The notes under the pieces: generated by a model
The model's database searches: none
The model's input: the letters and a program-made list of their open reading frames with translations, nothing else
Told to the model about the DNA's origin: nothing
From: Longimicrobiales bacterium
Lineage (GTDB): Bacteria; Gemmatimonadota; Gemmatimonadetes; Longimicrobiales; Gaopeijiaceae
DNA: 64,000 bases
Assembly: GCA_965248195.1 (NCBI GenBank)
Contig: CBDFIQ010000002.1
Location: 2,880,001 to 2,944,000, forward strand
Reading direction: 5' to 3'
Program-made: the position numbers and the translations under genes
In this document: one piece after another, positions 28,701-41,818 of the stretch
Position numbering within the stretch: position 1 is the stretch's first letter
How the letters are laid out: the number at the start of each line of letters is the position of its first letter

Positions 28701-29417
28701 GAAATCCGAGAGCTGGCTGCTGAGCAGTTGTCCCACGTCGCCTCCCGGCTGTCCGTCGAAAGCGTGGTGCGTTATCTGGAAGATCCCAACGAGCGGGTCC
28801 GTTCGGCAATCGTCCGGTGCCTGGGGAAGCAGTTGGCTGCCGAGTCCGTGGCGCCGCTGATGGAGCGAATGCTGGATCCCTCGGCATTGGTGCGCCAGGA
28901 GGTGGCAGCCGCCTTTGGCCGGGCGACCGAGCTCGAGGACGAGGAGCCGGTTCAAGTGCTCACGAAAATGGCCAAGGACGCCAGCGTGCTAGTCCGTGCG
29001 CAGGCACTGGCGTCCCTCATCCGCCTTGGCGTGACGGGGCAACGCAAGGTCTTCGAGGAGGCCTGTCAGGATCTGGATGAGGCGGACCTCGTGGCCTTGC
29101 GCGCCCGGTTGAACAAGGACGGGACCCTCTACCATGTGCTCGAGATCATGAAAACCGACCGCGGTGCACGGAAGCGCGCCGATGCCGTGTATTTTCTCGG
29201 CCAGGCGGACCTGGATCGATACGCTCCCGACATCGCTCTTGCGCTGCAGGATCCGGCCACCACGGTTCGCATGGCCGCGATCGAAGCGCTGGCCCAGCTC
29301 GAGGACCCGGGCATCCAGGAGGCGATCGAAGCGCTGAGCAGCGACCCCGTGGAGGCGGTGCGGAAAGCCGTCAAGCGCCGACGACTGCGTTCGTTGTCGC
29401 CGCGCAAAGAGGCGTGA
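25755..29417 (+). CDS. Membrane-anchored large HEAT-repeat protein
   Basis: N-terminal TM helix; many L-x-D-x-x-x-x-VR-x-x-AA-x-ALG repeats over about 1,150 aa. Confidence 0.88.
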   Translation: MLLWVVYSLVGTIGLMVLAVFLRETWRAWERRRFERLRTVCTRRLRVLKYLEAEDLAARLRAAFPLPVIEKCLEEFSEQSTTSMREKLVQVNEDLGLVQARIEALTDAGSWPERAAAAERLGRIGHSAAVLPLIATLQDQSEDKQVKSVASLALRNIRDPRAIPPLVEALGWDDAAMGQAVADTLEGFMPQAVPALLDVLQSSKTDGQRYWAVRILGASTDSENTGPLIAALQDRSEKVRAEAARSLGRLKARPAIHSLTETLLRDPLAPVREEAAHALGEIGDEQALEALKQALGELPYEVRASALTAMEKMGDEAVPLFLQALDEDDERTRTQAATALERNGYVGTLIERLAVESGTTTAPSFLVLLKVARTGVVESLIQALSLPDLRVRVRICQILGEVRSRSALDALSEVAVDDSEWAVRARALEALIRIGDEQTQALWLRQLRDEEENVRECILESMSELPPTVLEPMLPDLLPKLDDPNLKIRKLMVGVVGSIRSERVEHALVKSLKDSAADVRAQAASALGRFSQKDTVQALEQCLEDPESLVRGNAVRALGEIKDSASIPALARAFENADDSYRDDIAQALAAMKRNDLLALTDLLMGLRSGEARAGVAWALGLKGDPRALGLLQAFLMDEEPLVRSSAARALGELASPETGAVLLPFLEDPDARVRAATVASLGRCRNPELANPLVPLLDDPDVAVGRQAALAIGQLGHPTGITHVQRFHARVSDPISQAAAAIGLTLLGDQTGLETILEGLQDSRLAPPLRDLIRACTKETQQQFFAVLTLDSRLFWLEDPEEFRSEAVEHYVGLLQSDRQPSARIRAMQALALFAERRCAPILEASLKRDPNPTVRAQALASLGGFLQVAELLDRLVLAIGDPADEVRLQAAHTLNGLNPDDVKPHREQLVELLETENYELQEAVCKLLASCYKRDWRTLADRLMGAEKTNSVRGLIRTLSLIGDPRIGVLFLPILDHREAEIRELAAEQLSHVASRLSVESVVRYLEDPNERVRSAIVRCLGKQLAAESVAPLMERMLDPSALVRQEVAAAFGRATELEDEEPVQVLTKMAKDASVLVRAQALASLIRLGVTGQRKVFEEACQDLDEADLVALRARLNKDGTLYHVLEIMKTDRGARKRADAVYFLGQADLDRYAPDIALALQDPATTVRMAAIEALAQLEDPGIQEAIEALSSDPVEAVRKAVKRRRLRSLSPRKEA

Positions 29418-29421
29418 TCCA

Positions 29422-30906
29422 ATGGCCACGGCGGTACGGGTCCTCCAAATCATCATCATCGGCTATTTCGTCCTGTACAACACCATCAATCTCTTCCTCC
29501 TGCTCGTCGCCTGGATCCAGGTGCGCTTCTTTCTCCGCGTCAAAGCCATCGGCAGCCTGGAGAGCCTCTACAACTCGAGCTCGACGCCGGCCGTCACGAT
29601 CGTCGTGCCCGCCTACAACGAGCAGGAAACCATCGTCGAGAGCATCCGGGCACTGACGAACCTGTACTACCCCCGCTACGAAATCGTCATCGTCAACGAC
29701 GGGTCGAGCGACGACACGGTCAAGGAGCTCAAGGCCGCCTTCGGTTTCAGCCGTCGGAAACTGGGCTACGAATCGGTGGTCCCCACCTGCGCCATTCGGG
29801 ATTCCTACGAAGCGGTGTCGACGGGAGATGTGACGCGCCTCATCCTCCTGGACAAGGTGAACGGCGGCAAAGCGGATGCCTTGAACGCCGGCCTCAACGC
29901 GGCGCTCGCCCCCTTCGTGTGCTGCATCGATGCCGACTCGATCCTCGGACGCAACTCCCTCCTCGAGGTCATGCAACCCATGGTCGAGGATCCGGAGGGT
30001 ATCGCTGCGTGCGGCGGCCAGGTCGGCGTCGCCAACGGCTGCACCATCGAGAACGGCCGGGTCGTCGACGTGCACCTGCCGCGTAATTGGCTCGCCAAGT
30101 TTCAAGTCGTGGAGTACATGCGCTCGTTCACAGCGGGGCGAACCGCGCTGGTCACCTTGAACTCGCTTCTGATCCTTTCCGGGGTGTCGGCCGTATTCCG
30201 CAAGAGCCTCCTGTTCGAAGTCGGCGGCTTCTTGAGTGGTCGACTCACCTCGCGGATCGTGAAGGAATATTGTGGGGGCGGTAAAGAGACCGTCTGCGAG
30301 GACATGGAAATCATCGTGCGGCTGCAGCGGTACATGCTGGAAAAAAAGATTCCCGCGAGAATCCACTTTCTCCCCTATCCGATGACGCTGTCTCAGGTTC
30401 CGGAACGCATCCGTGACTTCGGACGCCAGCGTGACCGTTGGTTCCGCGGTCTCGGGCAGGTCCTGTTCTACCACCGCAAGATGTTGTTCAACCCGCGGTA
30501 CCGGCAGGTGGGCCTCTTTGCCATGCCGTATCAGCTCCTGTTCGAGTTTCTGGGGCCGCTCGTGGAGATCTTGGGCTATGTTTTGCTTCCCCTGCTCTAC
30601 ATGGCCGGGCTCGTGAGCACCGAATACCTCCTTCTGTTCTTCGCGGTCTCGATTCTGTACGGCACCCTGCTCTCGATCGCCGCCGTGTTGATGGGTGTCT
30701 GGACAGAGGGTCAGCTGGCGGACGGGCGCGACTCCGTTTCCCTGTTTCGTTATGAAGGCCTCGGAAGCGCCATCACGTTGGTGAGTTATGCGACTTTGTC
30801 GATGCTCGGGTATCGACAGATGCAGCTCTACTACCTCAGCAAGGGGTTTGTGGGATTCCTGAGGGGCCGTCAAACCTGGGGTAAATTCCAGCGTGGGAGA
30901 TTCTAG
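29422..30906 (+). CDS. Processive GT2 glycosyltransferase (polysaccharide synthase-like)
   Basis: [33 protein letters not shown] (QxxRW); flanking TM helices. Confidence 0.9.
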   Translation: MATAVRVLQIIIIGYFVLYNTINLFLLLVAWIQVRFFLRVKAIGSLESLYNSSSTPAVTIVVPAYNEQETIVESIRALTNLYYPRYEIVIVNDGSSDDTVKELKAAFGFSRRKLGYESVVPTCAIRDSYEAVSTGDVTRLILLDKVNGGKADALNAGLNAALAPFVCCIDADSILGRNSLLEVMQPMVEDPEGIAACGGQVGVANGCTIENGRVVDVHLPRNWLAKFQVVEYMRSFTAGRTALVTLNSLLILSGVSAVFRKSLLFEVGGFLSGRLTSRIVKEYCGGGKETVCEDMEIIVRLQRYMLEKKIPARIHFLPYPMTLSQVPERIRDFGRQRDRWFRGLGQVLFYHRKMLFNPRYRQVGLFAMPYQLLFEFLGPLVEILGYVLLPLLYMAGLVSTEYLLLFFAVSILYGTLLSIAAVLMGVWTEGQLADGRDSVSLFRYEGLGSAITLVSYATLSMLGYRQMQLYYLSKGFVGFLRGRQTWGKFQRGRF

Positions 30907-32818
30907 GGCAGTGGTATCACCTCACACCTCCCGACGGAACGCTCTGGGCTGGGCAACAGGCGTTGTATGGCTCCTGACTGGGTCGCTCTCGGCGCAATCG
31001 GTCACCGACGTCTTTCCGTCCCAAGAGATCGTGCTGGCGGACTGGGGCATGTCGGATGTCTCGGAGGTTGGATACCTGCACTTCGGTGTGCTCCATAGGC
31101 GCCAAGGAGATGCGCTGGCTGTTTATGACGTTCGGCACCGCACGCCGGTGGTCCAATGGCCAAGCGAGCCGCAACGCCGCACGCCGCCGATCGACGGCGA
31201 CGTGTTTCTGCTGGGCCATTTCGACCGGGGCAACACCAACCGCCTCGGGGGCTACTTCAATGGCTTCGCCCGTAGGCCGTCCATGTCGGCTGTATCCATC
31301 GCCCGCACGCCGGGTGACGGCCCCGCCCTGGCCTATTCATACGACAGAGCGGCCGGGCGCTTTGCCGGGTTCTGGATCCACCTCTTCGACTTCAAGCTAC
31401 GTCCCACGGAACGGGTATTATTCGACGCCAGTCCGTTTACCTACCTCACCTTCGCGATTCGCGGCGAGCAGGGTGGAGAGGACCTGGCGCTGCATATTGC
31501 CGATCGTGCGTGGGAGCAGCGAGAAGGATCGCTTCCGATCGGGGACCTCGCATCGTTCCTCCCCGGTGGGCGTGTGGAGGCCACGTGGCAGCGCGCGTGG
31601 GTTCCCCGAGATAAGTGGCCTGCCGCATTGAACACGCGAGAATTGGCCAGCCTCGTCTTCCTGACGAACGGGGAAGGACGTGGGCGGGTATTCCTGAAGG
31701 ACATCGCGTTCACGACGCAACGTGACGCCGAAATACCCACGGCCGGAAGGGCCGAGGAACCGGGCCGATCGTTGAAACAGGCGATGTGGCTCTGGGAGAC
31801 TCCAGCGGTCACGAGCGATCCGGATGCGCGTCGACGCCTGGTGCGGTTTTGTCGCACCGAGGGCATCACCGATCTGTTCCTGCAACTGCCGTATGAGGCG
31901 GAGCGCGTCGACGAACGGTGGACGATCTCGTGGGATCGAGAACGCCTGCGCCCGCTCATCGCCGACCTCCACGCAGCCGGGGTGACCGTGCATGCCTTGG
32001 ACGGGGACCCCCGGTTCAGCCTCCCCGAGTGGCATGGGCGGGTCATCGCCACCATACGAAGCATCACCGAGTACAATCGGGAGAGCCCGCCCGCCGAGCG
32101 GTTCGACGGCATTCGACACGACATCGAGCCCTACCTCCTACCCGGATTCGCCGGGGTGCGCCACACGCAGATACTGCGGCAGTACCTCTCGATCGTGGCC
32201 GCATCTCAAGCGTTGGCGGCCCAGGCCGGTCTCGTGTACGGCGTCGACATCCCAGCCTGGTTCGACGAACGAAACGAGTTCTTCGAGCTGGTGGCGGACG
32301 TGGACGGGCGGCCCCTGAGCGAGCTGATCATCGACATCGTGGATAACGTCGGCATCATGGATTACCGAACGCAGGCCTACGGCGCCGATGGGACGATCGC
32401 ACATGCGCGGAGCGAGCTGCGGTACGCGGCGGACGTGGGGAAGCAGGTCTTTCTCGGTCTCGAGACCAGCGAGCTACCGGACGAGACCGACTTCGCGTTC
32501 AGCTCCCAGGGGTCGGGCGGCTCGCGGGTGGTCGTCCAGCAGATCGACGACGAGCGGGCGCGTGTCAGCTGGATCTCGGAGGAGGCGTGGGACCGGCTCA
32601 GCGAACGGCCAAGGACGACGACGGGGACGTTGATCCTGAGGGAATCCCGGGCGACGGCCGTGCCATCGGGCAAGTTGTCGTTCGCGCGGTACGGCAGGAG
32701 CGAAATCGAGGCCGTGATCGAACAGACCGCCTTGGAGCTTCAACAATTCGAGAGTTTCTATGGATTCGCCATTCATTCCTATGAGAGTTACCGACCGTGG
32801 CTCGAAGGCCCTCGGTGA
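30893..32818 (+). CDS. Secreted protein with carbohydrate-binding-like and glycoside-hydrolase-like TIM-barrel regions
   Basis: Signal peptide; MWLWE...DLFLQ...[11 protein letters not shown]...IMDYR...LGLET...GFAIHSY. Family assignment is inferred. Confidence 0.6.
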   Translation: MGDSRAVVSPHTSRRNALGWATGVVWLLTGSLSAQSVTDVFPSQEIVLADWGMSDVSEVGYLHFGVLHRRQGDALAVYDVRHRTPVVQWPSEPQRRTPPIDGDVFLLGHFDRGNTNRLGGYFNGFARRPSMSAVSIARTPGDGPALAYSYDRAAGRFAGFWIHLFDFKLRPTERVLFDASPFTYLTFAIRGEQGGEDLALHIADRAWEQREGSLPIGDLASFLPGGRVEATWQRAWVPRDKWPAALNTRELASLVFLTNGEGRGRVFLKDIAFTTQRDAEIPTAGRAEEPGRSLKQAMWLWETPAVTSDPDARRRLVRFCRTEGITDLFLQLPYEAERVDERWTISWDRERLRPLIADLHAAGVTVHALDGDPRFSLPEWHGRVIATIRSITEYNRESPPAERFDGIRHDIEPYLLPGFAGVRHTQILRQYLSIVAASQALAAQAGLVYGVDIPAWFDERNEFFELVADVDGRPLSELIIDIVDNVGIMDYRTQAYGADGTIAHARSELRYAADVGKQVFLGLETSELPDETDFAFSSQGSGGSRVVVQQIDDERARVSWISEEAWDRLSERPRTTTGTLILRESRATAVPSGKLSFARYGRSEIEAVIEQTALELQQFESFYGFAIHSYESYRPWLEGPR

Positions 32819-32929
32819 GCCGCAAAATCCTGTTGGATCTAGCCTCGCACAGAGCCGTCGAGGCTCCTTCTTCGGTAGTAGGAGAGAAAATTTTCCTACG
32901 TAAACAACCGCTTCCCCGGTATTTCTGGA

Positions 32930-34345
32930 GTGGAGGGTTGTTTGTTTATGGAAGATGTATTGGAAGTGCTCGTGTCCGGCCACATGGCGAATCGGGGCGT
33001 TAGGCGTGAGAAGGCTTCGCCGAGCGGCCGACGACATCAGGGCCCGGGCACTCGGTCCATCCTCATGCTGCTGGGGGTGCTCGCGCTCACGTCGTGCTTC
33101 GATCAAGTCCTCATTCCGGACGTGGAGGCGGACGGTCGCCTCACGGTAACGAACGACGAGGAGATTCTGAGCGAGCGACTCGAGTACCTCGAGGCTGAGG
33201 TCCCCATCGACCCGGCGAGCCCGGCCCTGCTAGGAGGGGCCGCCGCCGCGCTAGGGGGGGCCGCGGCAGGGCCCACGCGATCAACGGTGAGCCTTACGCT
33301 TGTCGCGCAGCTCGATCCACCTAATGTGGACGGCCAGGTGGTCCAGGCGACCTCGGTCTCTGCGCGGCGGAGGTTCAATTTCTTGATCAGCTACAACACC
33401 CAGGGCAACCCTTTCGTGGGGGCGGTCGACTACGTGATCAACCCCTTCGGGCGAAGCCCCAGACTGATCTCTTTGGTGGCGTTCAGTGACTCCGACGTCA
33501 GCGCGGTCGGGCTCCACGATGAAGACGGCGACGACGATGACGACTGGATCTACGTGGCTGAGGCGACAGCCGCGAGTGGCTTCGCCACACCTGCGGCCAT
33601 CGAGCGCCTAACGGTTGCCCCCTCGGGGATCCTGCTGGAGAACAACGACCGCTTCGATCTCTCGAGTTTTGCCGCCACCAGTGTCCTCTCGGGCGACGAT
33701 GTGATCTACGTCACGACCGGGGACGGCGGACACGTATACGCACTCGACGAATCCGATATGAGCATAGTTGGCCAATTCGCCCTCGACGACGCACGGTGGG
33801 TGGCACACGACGAGGACAATGACCGGATCGTGGTAGTGCAAGGAACGCCCGGACGGATTTCTGTTTTCCAGGAGGGCGACTTCCCGGGTGGATCGATGAC
33901 CCTTCTCAACACCTTCACTTTCCCCGGAGCCGGCGTTGCCGAGTCGAAGTCGACCGTCGAAATCGTCGGTGGCAAGGCCTTCATCGCTGCGGGCCCCGAG
34001 GGCGTGCAGGTGATGTGCCTCGACAACGGTCAGATCGTCGGGTCAGTGCCGCGCCCCGACCCGGCCGCCCTCGGACTGGATGCGTCGGTGGTGGTGACGA
34101 ACGCGGTCACCGTCGACGAAGACCTGATGTTCATCTCGAACGGTGAGGCGGGTGTGTACGTCGCGGCGGGGGCCGCGGATTTCGCTAGCACGCCATGCGA
34201 CGCGCCCCAGACCATCACGATGCTGGGGCACCTACGCTTCGACGACTTGCAGTCCGTCAATCACGTCGATTATGAGAACAAGCGGCTCCTCATCGCCGCT
34301 GGCCTGGGCGGGCTCAAGATCGTGCAAGTCAAAATAAAGCCCTAG
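32930..34345 (+). CDS. Beta-propeller lipoprotein (start uncertain)
   Basis: Lipobox ALTSC; blades such as AFIAAGPEGVQV, LMFISNGEAGVYV, LLIAAGLGGLKIV. Confidence 0.65.
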   Translation: MEGCLFMEDVLEVLVSGHMANRGVRREKASPSGRRHQGPGTRSILMLLGVLALTSCFDQVLIPDVEADGRLTVTNDEEILSERLEYLEAEVPIDPASPALLGGAAAALGGAAAGPTRSTVSLTLVAQLDPPNVDGQVVQATSVSARRRFNFLISYNTQGNPFVGAVDYVINPFGRSPRLISLVAFSDSDVSAVGLHDEDGDDDDDWIYVAEATAASGFATPAAIERLTVAPSGILLENNDRFDLSSFAATSVLSGDDVIYVTTGDGGHVYALDESDMSIVGQFALDDARWVAHDEDNDRIVVVQGTPGRISVFQEGDFPGGSMTLLNTFTFPGAGVAESKSTVEIVGGKAFIAAGPEGVQVMCLDNGQIVGSVPRPDPAALGLDASVVVTNAVTVDEDLMFISNGEAGVYVAAGAADFASTPCDAPQTITMLGHLRFDDLQSVNHVDYENKRLLIAAGLGGLKIVQVKIKP

Positions 34346-34385
34346 GTGGCTACGGGACGCGCCCCTAGGTGGCCACGGGGCGCGA
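34340..34385. repeat. 23-bp imperfect tandem duplication spanning a stop codon between convergent genes
   Basis: ccctaggtggctacgggacgcgc / ccctaggtggccacggggcgcga. Confidence 0.7.
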
Positions 34386-36581
34386 TCAAAACACCCAGTT
34401 CGAGCCCAGGATGAAGGCAGTATACCGGTAGCCGGACTCGCCACTCGCGAAGCTCATCAGTCCCGCGGAGGAGTATCCGAAGGAAAGTGAGATCTCACGG
34501 CCAGGCCCGAATCCGTACGCGACGCGCACGTTGGAGCGAGCAGACAGGCCGACGTCACCGTCCTTCCCCACCTGCTGAATCCCGGGAGCGAGCTCGACCA
34601 GAAAGGTCCACGGTACCGGCCGGTACAGCCAATGGCTCGTGATCTCGCCAATACCGTAGAAATCCGGGTCGAAGTATCCGTCGTTCAGATCCTTCTCGAA
34701 CGAGAACCCTCGAAGGCCCGCCCCGAGTGAAAGGAACCGACCGACTCGCCGTGATGTGGAAAGAGATGCGCTTCTCCGGCCGTTGTCTTCCGTTCCCACC
34801 AACTTGCCCACGCCCACCGTACCGTCGACGCGCCATCCCAGCGCTGGAGCCCCCCGCCCACTGATCAAGAGCTCTGTGCTCCGCACCCCTATCTCGGCGA
34901 GCGCCGCGGTCTCGTTCAGACCCGCCGACGCGAAATTCAACGCCGCGCCGATGCGGCTCCGGTCCGGAGTCCTCACGCCCAGCTGATATGCGACGTACGA
35001 GGGGTCATCCGTGCCGTTACTCCGACTTCCACCGAGGCCGCCGGACAAGGTCCAGCCAGGCCGGATTTGGTAGCGACCAGAAACCGTCACGCCTTGTGCG
35101 GTGAGCTCCAGTTGTTCGATCCCGAACCTCTGGTCGAGCTTTTTCAGGTAGCCTTCGCCCCGCACATCGAGTCTCGGAGTCGCGTGCCAACCCGCCGCGA
35201 GCGACGTGGTCACCATCGTATTCCCGTCCGAGTCGTTTTCGTAGACGACCGTAGGCCGAGCGACAGGCGCCAGAGCGAGGTTCAGCGACCGGAGTTGGTC
35301 CCGAACCACTGCGTTCGTGGGTGCGAGCTCAGCCGCCCTCTCGAGGGCTTCCCGGGCGGCTGCGTCCCTTCCCTGCCAGCGATACACCTGCCCGAGCCCG
35401 CCCCACGCATCAGCGCTCGACCGATCGGCCTCGACAGCCTGGAGCGATGCCTGTTCACTCTCCGCGAGGCGACCCGCCCACCCCAGGGTCTTGCCCTTGC
35501 CCGTGAGCGCCCTCATCTCGTTCGGAGCGCGGAGGAGCACCTCATCGTACTGGGCGATCGCGCCGGCGAAGTCCTGCGAGACTGCAAGTGTCCTCGCCAG
35601 GCCAAGCCTCGCTTCGATGTCCTCGGGATCGCGAGCCAGGAGAGCGTCGTAGGCGGACCTGGAGGCCTCGAACCGGGCGGCCCAAGCAAACGCCTGTGCC
35701 CGTTGGAGGTGAGCGCTGTTGCTCCCAGGTGCGATCGCGAGCAGCTCGTCGTAGCTCGCGAGCGATTGGTCGAACTGGCCGGCCCAAGCCTGGAAGAGCG
35801 CGAGCGCCTCCAGGGCCTCCACATTGTCCGGCTGAACCGCGAGCACCTCGGCCACCTCGTCCTGCGCCCCAGGGATGTCTCCCGACCAAGCCCGGACCCG
35901 CGCCCGGGCCAAGCGAGCGTCAAGGCGCCGAGGCTGCTGCTGGATCAGACGATCGAGTAGCTCTACCGCCGCATCGTACTGCTTCTGCCACGCCTGCATG
36001 AGCGCCATCCGTAGCATCGCGGTCCCGTCCTCCGGATCGGCCGCGAGGCGGGCGCTGTACAGGCGCATCGCGAGGGCGGTGTTTCCTCCGCTCCACGCCT
36101 CCCCTGCACGGTCGTCGGGGGTCGCCATGGCTGCGTCCGCCCCGGCGATTCGCTCCAAATACTCGACGGCCGTCGGGTGCCCCGGTTGGAGCTCGAGGAC
36201 CGTGCGGAAGTAGTCGCGGACGGCGTCGACGTCCCCCGAACGCCACCGCGCCAGGCCCAAACCGACCAGCGCGTCGACGTTATTCGGCTCGGCGGTGCCC
36301 ACCACCGTCCAGAGACGCTCGGCCTCCAGTACATTGCCGTCTCTCAGATTGACGTAACCTAGGCCCGTGCGCGCGTACTGATCGTTGTGGCACAGTGCAA
36401 CCGCAGCCTCGAATCGACGCCGCGCCTCCGCGATGTCGTTGTCGGCGTAGGCAGCCCAACCGGCTTCGGCGCCGGGGCCGGACGCGCTCGGGCAAGGATC
36501 CTGCCCCTGTGCTGGTGCGGACAGGGTCAGGAATGCCAGTAAGAGAAGGGTGGGGATCCCAACGGGTCGCACGGGCTTCAT
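34386..36581 (-). CDS. TPR-repeat protein with C-terminal outer-membrane beta-barrel (polysaccharide export porin-like)
   Basis: Signal peptide; many TPRs; amphipathic strands with GYFDPDFY; terminal aromatic residue (SNWVF). Confidence 0.75.
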   Translation of the reverse strand: MKPVRPVGIPTLLLLAFLTLSAPAQGQDPCPSASGPGAEAGWAAYADNDIAEARRRFEAAVALCHNDQYARTGLGYVNLRDGNVLEAERLWTVVGTAEPNNVDALVGLGLARWRSGDVDAVRDYFRTVLELQPGHPTAVEYLERIAGADAAMATPDDRAGEAWSGGNTALAMRLYSARLAADPEDGTAMLRMALMQAWQKQYDAAVELLDRLIQQQPRRLDARLARARVRAWSGDIPGAQDEVAEVLAVQPDNVEALEALALFQAWAGQFDQSLASYDELLAIAPGSNSAHLQRAQAFAWAARFEASRSAYDALLARDPEDIEARLGLARTLAVSQDFAGAIAQYDEVLLRAPNEMRALTGKGKTLGWAGRLAESEQASLQAVEADRSSADAWGGLGQVYRWQGRDAAAREALERAAELAPTNAVVRDQLRSLNLALAPVARPTVVYENDSDGNTMVTTSLAAGWHATPRLDVRGEGYLKKLDQRFGIEQLELTAQGVTVSGRYQIRPGWTLSGGLGGSRSNGTDDPSYVAYQLGVRTPDRSRIGAALNFASAGLNETAALAEIGVRSTELLISGRGAPALGWRVDGTVGVGKLVGTEDNGRRSASLSTSRRVGRFLSLGAGLRGFSFEKDLNDGYFDPDFYGIGEITSHWLYRPVPWTFLVELAPGIQQVGKDGDVGLSARSNVRVAYGFGPGREISLSFGYSSAGLMSFASGESGYRYTAFILGSNWVF

Positions 36582-36753
36582 CCAGCCTCTCCGGGCTCTG
36601 GAGGTCAGAAGGTTTGATCAGCATAGGGCCTTGCTGACAAATTCCTTACTCCCGAGCAGGCGAGGTCAAGGATCTTCTAATTGGTGATGCGGGAGCCACG
36701 CCACTACGGGCTCCATCCCGGCGCTGGACTCTACGCTAGCCCCGATCTCTTCT

Positions 36754-39111
<2,358 letters not shown>

Positions 39112-39395
39112 CTATCCTCGACCTTCGGAAGTAAGGGGCTGAATCGGCGTGTACCGACGGGAACCTACGTACAATCCTTTGACAGGACACACGGCGGTCG
39201 CCCCGTGTTGTAATCGGGCCGACTGCATCCCTGCGCCACACCGGTTGGGCGACGACCACCCCCGGGGCGGCGGACGCGGTCTTCGCCCGCGCCGGACGTC
39301 GCGTGCTGTGACACGAGGTTCTCTCGACGGGAGGGTGGTGAACCCGCTAGCTTTGATTTCGCCTCTCAATGATCCGCTCAACCCGCCATAGACCC

Positions 39396-40007
39396 ATGAG
39401 CGACCCGTCGAAGCCGACTGTAGAGTTCACGAATCTCGCAAAGGACACCGTCCTCCGTTTCATGGAGATGCAGGGGGACGAGAGCCTTGCGGTGCGCGTC
39501 CAGGTTGCCAGCCCAAGCCCGCTCGATCCGCGCTACGAGATCACGATGATCGAGCCCGGTGAAAAATGCGCGGAAGACCAGGTGTTCGACGGCTACGGCT
39601 TCGAGGTCGTGATGGAGCCCGAGAGCGCGAAGCTCCTCGAAGGTGCTCGCATCGACTGGATCGAGACCCTGACCGAGAGCGGGTTCAAGGTCGAGAATCC
39701 CAACCTGGCGCCCATCGGCTCGAAGCCGTTGGAGGGCCCTCTGGCCGACCGAGTTCGACAGGCCATCGACCAATTCGTGAACCCCGGAGTGGCCCAGCAC
39801 GGCGGACACGTGACGCTGGTGGAAGTCAGGGACAAGATCGTCTACCTCCAGATGGGTGGGGGTTGCCAGGGCTGTGGGATGGCCTCGGTGACGTTGAGCC
39901 AGGGAATCGAGCGGATCCTTCAGGAGCAGGTGCCGGAGATTGAGGGCATCGAGGACGTGACGAACCACGGCGACGGCGAGAACCCCTACTTCAGCGCGTC
40001 CAAGTAA
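39396..40007 (+). CDS. nfuA: NfuA-like Fe-S carrier (degenerate A-type carrier domain plus Nfu domain)
   Basis: GARIDW...GFKVENPN; VNPGVAQHGG...MGGGCQGCGM. Confidence 0.88.
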   Translation: MSDPSKPTVEFTNLAKDTVLRFMEMQGDESLAVRVQVASPSPLDPRYEITMIEPGEKCAEDQVFDGYGFEVVMEPESAKLLEGARIDWIETLTESGFKVENPNLAPIGSKPLEGPLADRVRQAIDQFVNPGVAQHGGHVTLVEVRDKIVYLQMGGGCQGCGMASVTLSQGIERILQEQVPEIEGIEDVTNHGDGENPYFSASK

Positions 40008-40061
40008 AATACCCGGGTTTTGGGTATTGTGGGTAACCGGCACTCCGACGGAGGGCCTGTC

Positions 40062-41300
40062 GTGTCGAGGGTCCTTCTCCTCCTTTCACGAACCTCGTAT
40101 CGCGCCGAGGCTTTTGTCCACGCGGCCCGCCGCCTGGAAGTGGACGTCACGGTCGGCTCGAATCACCGGCAGGCCCTCGCCGACCTGACACCTGGCGGAG
40201 CGCTCACTCTCGGCGTCGGGGACATCCACCGATCGGTGGCCAGCATCGTGCGGTTCGCCTCGGACCATCCGCTGACGGCCATCGTGGCGGCGGAAGACGA
40301 TTTCGGGCCGGTGGCCGCGGCAGCATCGGAGGCCCTGGGGCTGACGCACCATCCTTCCGAGGCGGTCCGGTCCGCTCGTAACAAAGCGGTCATGCGGCAG
40401 CGGCTCGAGGCGGCCGGATTCCCGTCACCCTGGTTCCACGTTGCCTCCGTCGATGACGATGCGGAGGCGGCCGCAGCCGGTGCTCGCTATCCCTGTGTTC
40501 TCAAGCCGCTCGCGTTGTCCGCCAGCCGCGGGGTGATCCGCGCAGACACGCCCGAAGAGTTCGGCCGGGCCTGGAGCCGGATTCGGGCGATCCTCGAGCA
40601 GCCCGACGCAGTCACGCGCAGCGGCCACGGCGTGGCCGAGATCCTGATCGAAGCGTACATGCCGGGGGGCGAAGTGGCCGTGGAGGGGATCGTGGTGGGG
40701 GGCGAGCTGCAGACCCTCGCCGTCCTGGACAAGCCGGACCTCATGGAGGGGCCGTTCTTCGAGGAGACCATCCTTGTGACGCCTTCCCGTCTCCCCGAGA
40801 GTGTTCAGCGCGAGATCGTCTCCTCCGTGCAGCGGTCCGTGGCCATCCTCGGCCTCGATGACGGCCCCGTTCACGCCGAGCTCCGCGTGGACGCCGAGCA
40901 GGCCTCACTCCTGGAGATCGCGCCGCGCTCCATCGGTGGCCGTTGCTCCACGATCCTCCGCTTCGAGCCGGCGGCGACCTTGGAGGAGCTCATACTGCAT
41001 CATGCGTTGGGGATGCCGATCCACGAGTACTCCCTAGCGCCTGGAGCCGGCGGTGTCATGATGCTCCCGATTCTCGAAGCCGGCGTTCTGCGCGAGGTGG
41101 GCGGGTCCGAGGCAGCCCTCGAGATTCCGGGCATCGAAAGGCTCGAGATTACGATCCCGGTGGGCCAGAAGGTCGTGCCCCTCCCCGAGGGTAATCGCTA
41201 CTTGGGATTTCTCTTCGCCCGAGCAGCGACGTCCGAGCAGGTCGAAGCCGCGCTCAGGGTCGCGTACGCGAGGCTCGACGTGAAAGTCGAGCCCAGTTGA
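40062..41300 (+). CDS. ATP-grasp domain protein
   Basis: RNKAVMR, PCVLKP...SASRGVIR, IEAYMPGGEVAVE, HAELR...EIAPRSIGG; GTG start preceded by GGAGGG. Confidence 0.88.
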   Translation: MSRVLLLLSRTSYRAEAFVHAARRLEVDVTVGSNHRQALADLTPGGALTLGVGDIHRSVASIVRFASDHPLTAIVAAEDDFGPVAAAASEALGLTHHPSEAVRSARNKAVMRQRLEAAGFPSPWFHVASVDDDAEAAAAGARYPCVLKPLALSASRGVIRADTPEEFGRAWSRIRAILEQPDAVTRSGHGVAEILIEAYMPGGEVAVEGIVVGGELQTLAVLDKPDLMEGPFFEETILVTPSRLPESVQREIVSSVQRSVAILGLDDGPVHAELRVDAEQASLLEIAPRSIGGRCSTILRFEPAATLEELILHHALGMPIHEYSLAPGAGGVMMLPILEAGVLREVGGSEAALEIPGIERLEITIPVGQKVVPLPEGNRYLGFLFARAATSEQVEAALRVAYARLDVKVEPS

Positions 41301-41325
41301 GGGACGAGCGCCGGAAATGTTTGAT

Positions 41326-41814
41326 TCAGAAATCCAGCGCCGAATCGTCATGGCGGGCCGGGTCATCCAACCGACCCAGCAGCTGCATCTGACCGGCCGT
41401 AATCCGGCGCCGACCGGCGTAGCCTCCGCTTATTTCATGCCAATACGCCACCTTGGGCTCATCCGACTGCCAGCAGAGATAGACCCAACGGCCATCTAGA
41501 GTGGTGGGAAAGTCGACCAGCCCGTGCTCGAGACCGCCGACCGGAAAGCGGATGCCCCGGTCAACAAGCCGCTGTTGGATGAGCTCTTCGATGGTCCGGC
41601 GGTACTCCGAGAGAGAATGACGATGCTGCGCGTACTCCTCGTGATCCGGGTTGGCACTTTGGGAGACCAGGTCGCCCCAAAGAGCGTCCAGCACGGCCAG
41701 CTGGTCCATCTTGCTGCGTGCCACGTCGCGAAGGCTTTGAATCTGGTTGAGGGCGGCCCGCACCTCAGAAAGCATCTTGTTTGCCTCGTCGACCGTAAAA
41801 GCATGATGGCCCAT
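41326..41814 (-). CDS. DUF2203 family protein
   Basis: FTVDEAN.ML...GLVDFP...VYLCW...E..VAYWH...GYAGRR. Confidence 0.85.
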   Translation of the reverse strand: MGHHAFTVDEANKMLSEVRAALNQIQSLRDVARSKMDQLAVLDALWGDLVSQSANPDHEEYAQHRHSLSEYRRTIEELIQQRLVDRGIRFPVGGLEHGLVDFPTTLDGRWVYLCWQSDEPKVAYWHEISGGYAGRRRITAGQMQLLGRLDDPARHDDSALDF

Positions 41815-41818
41815 GACG

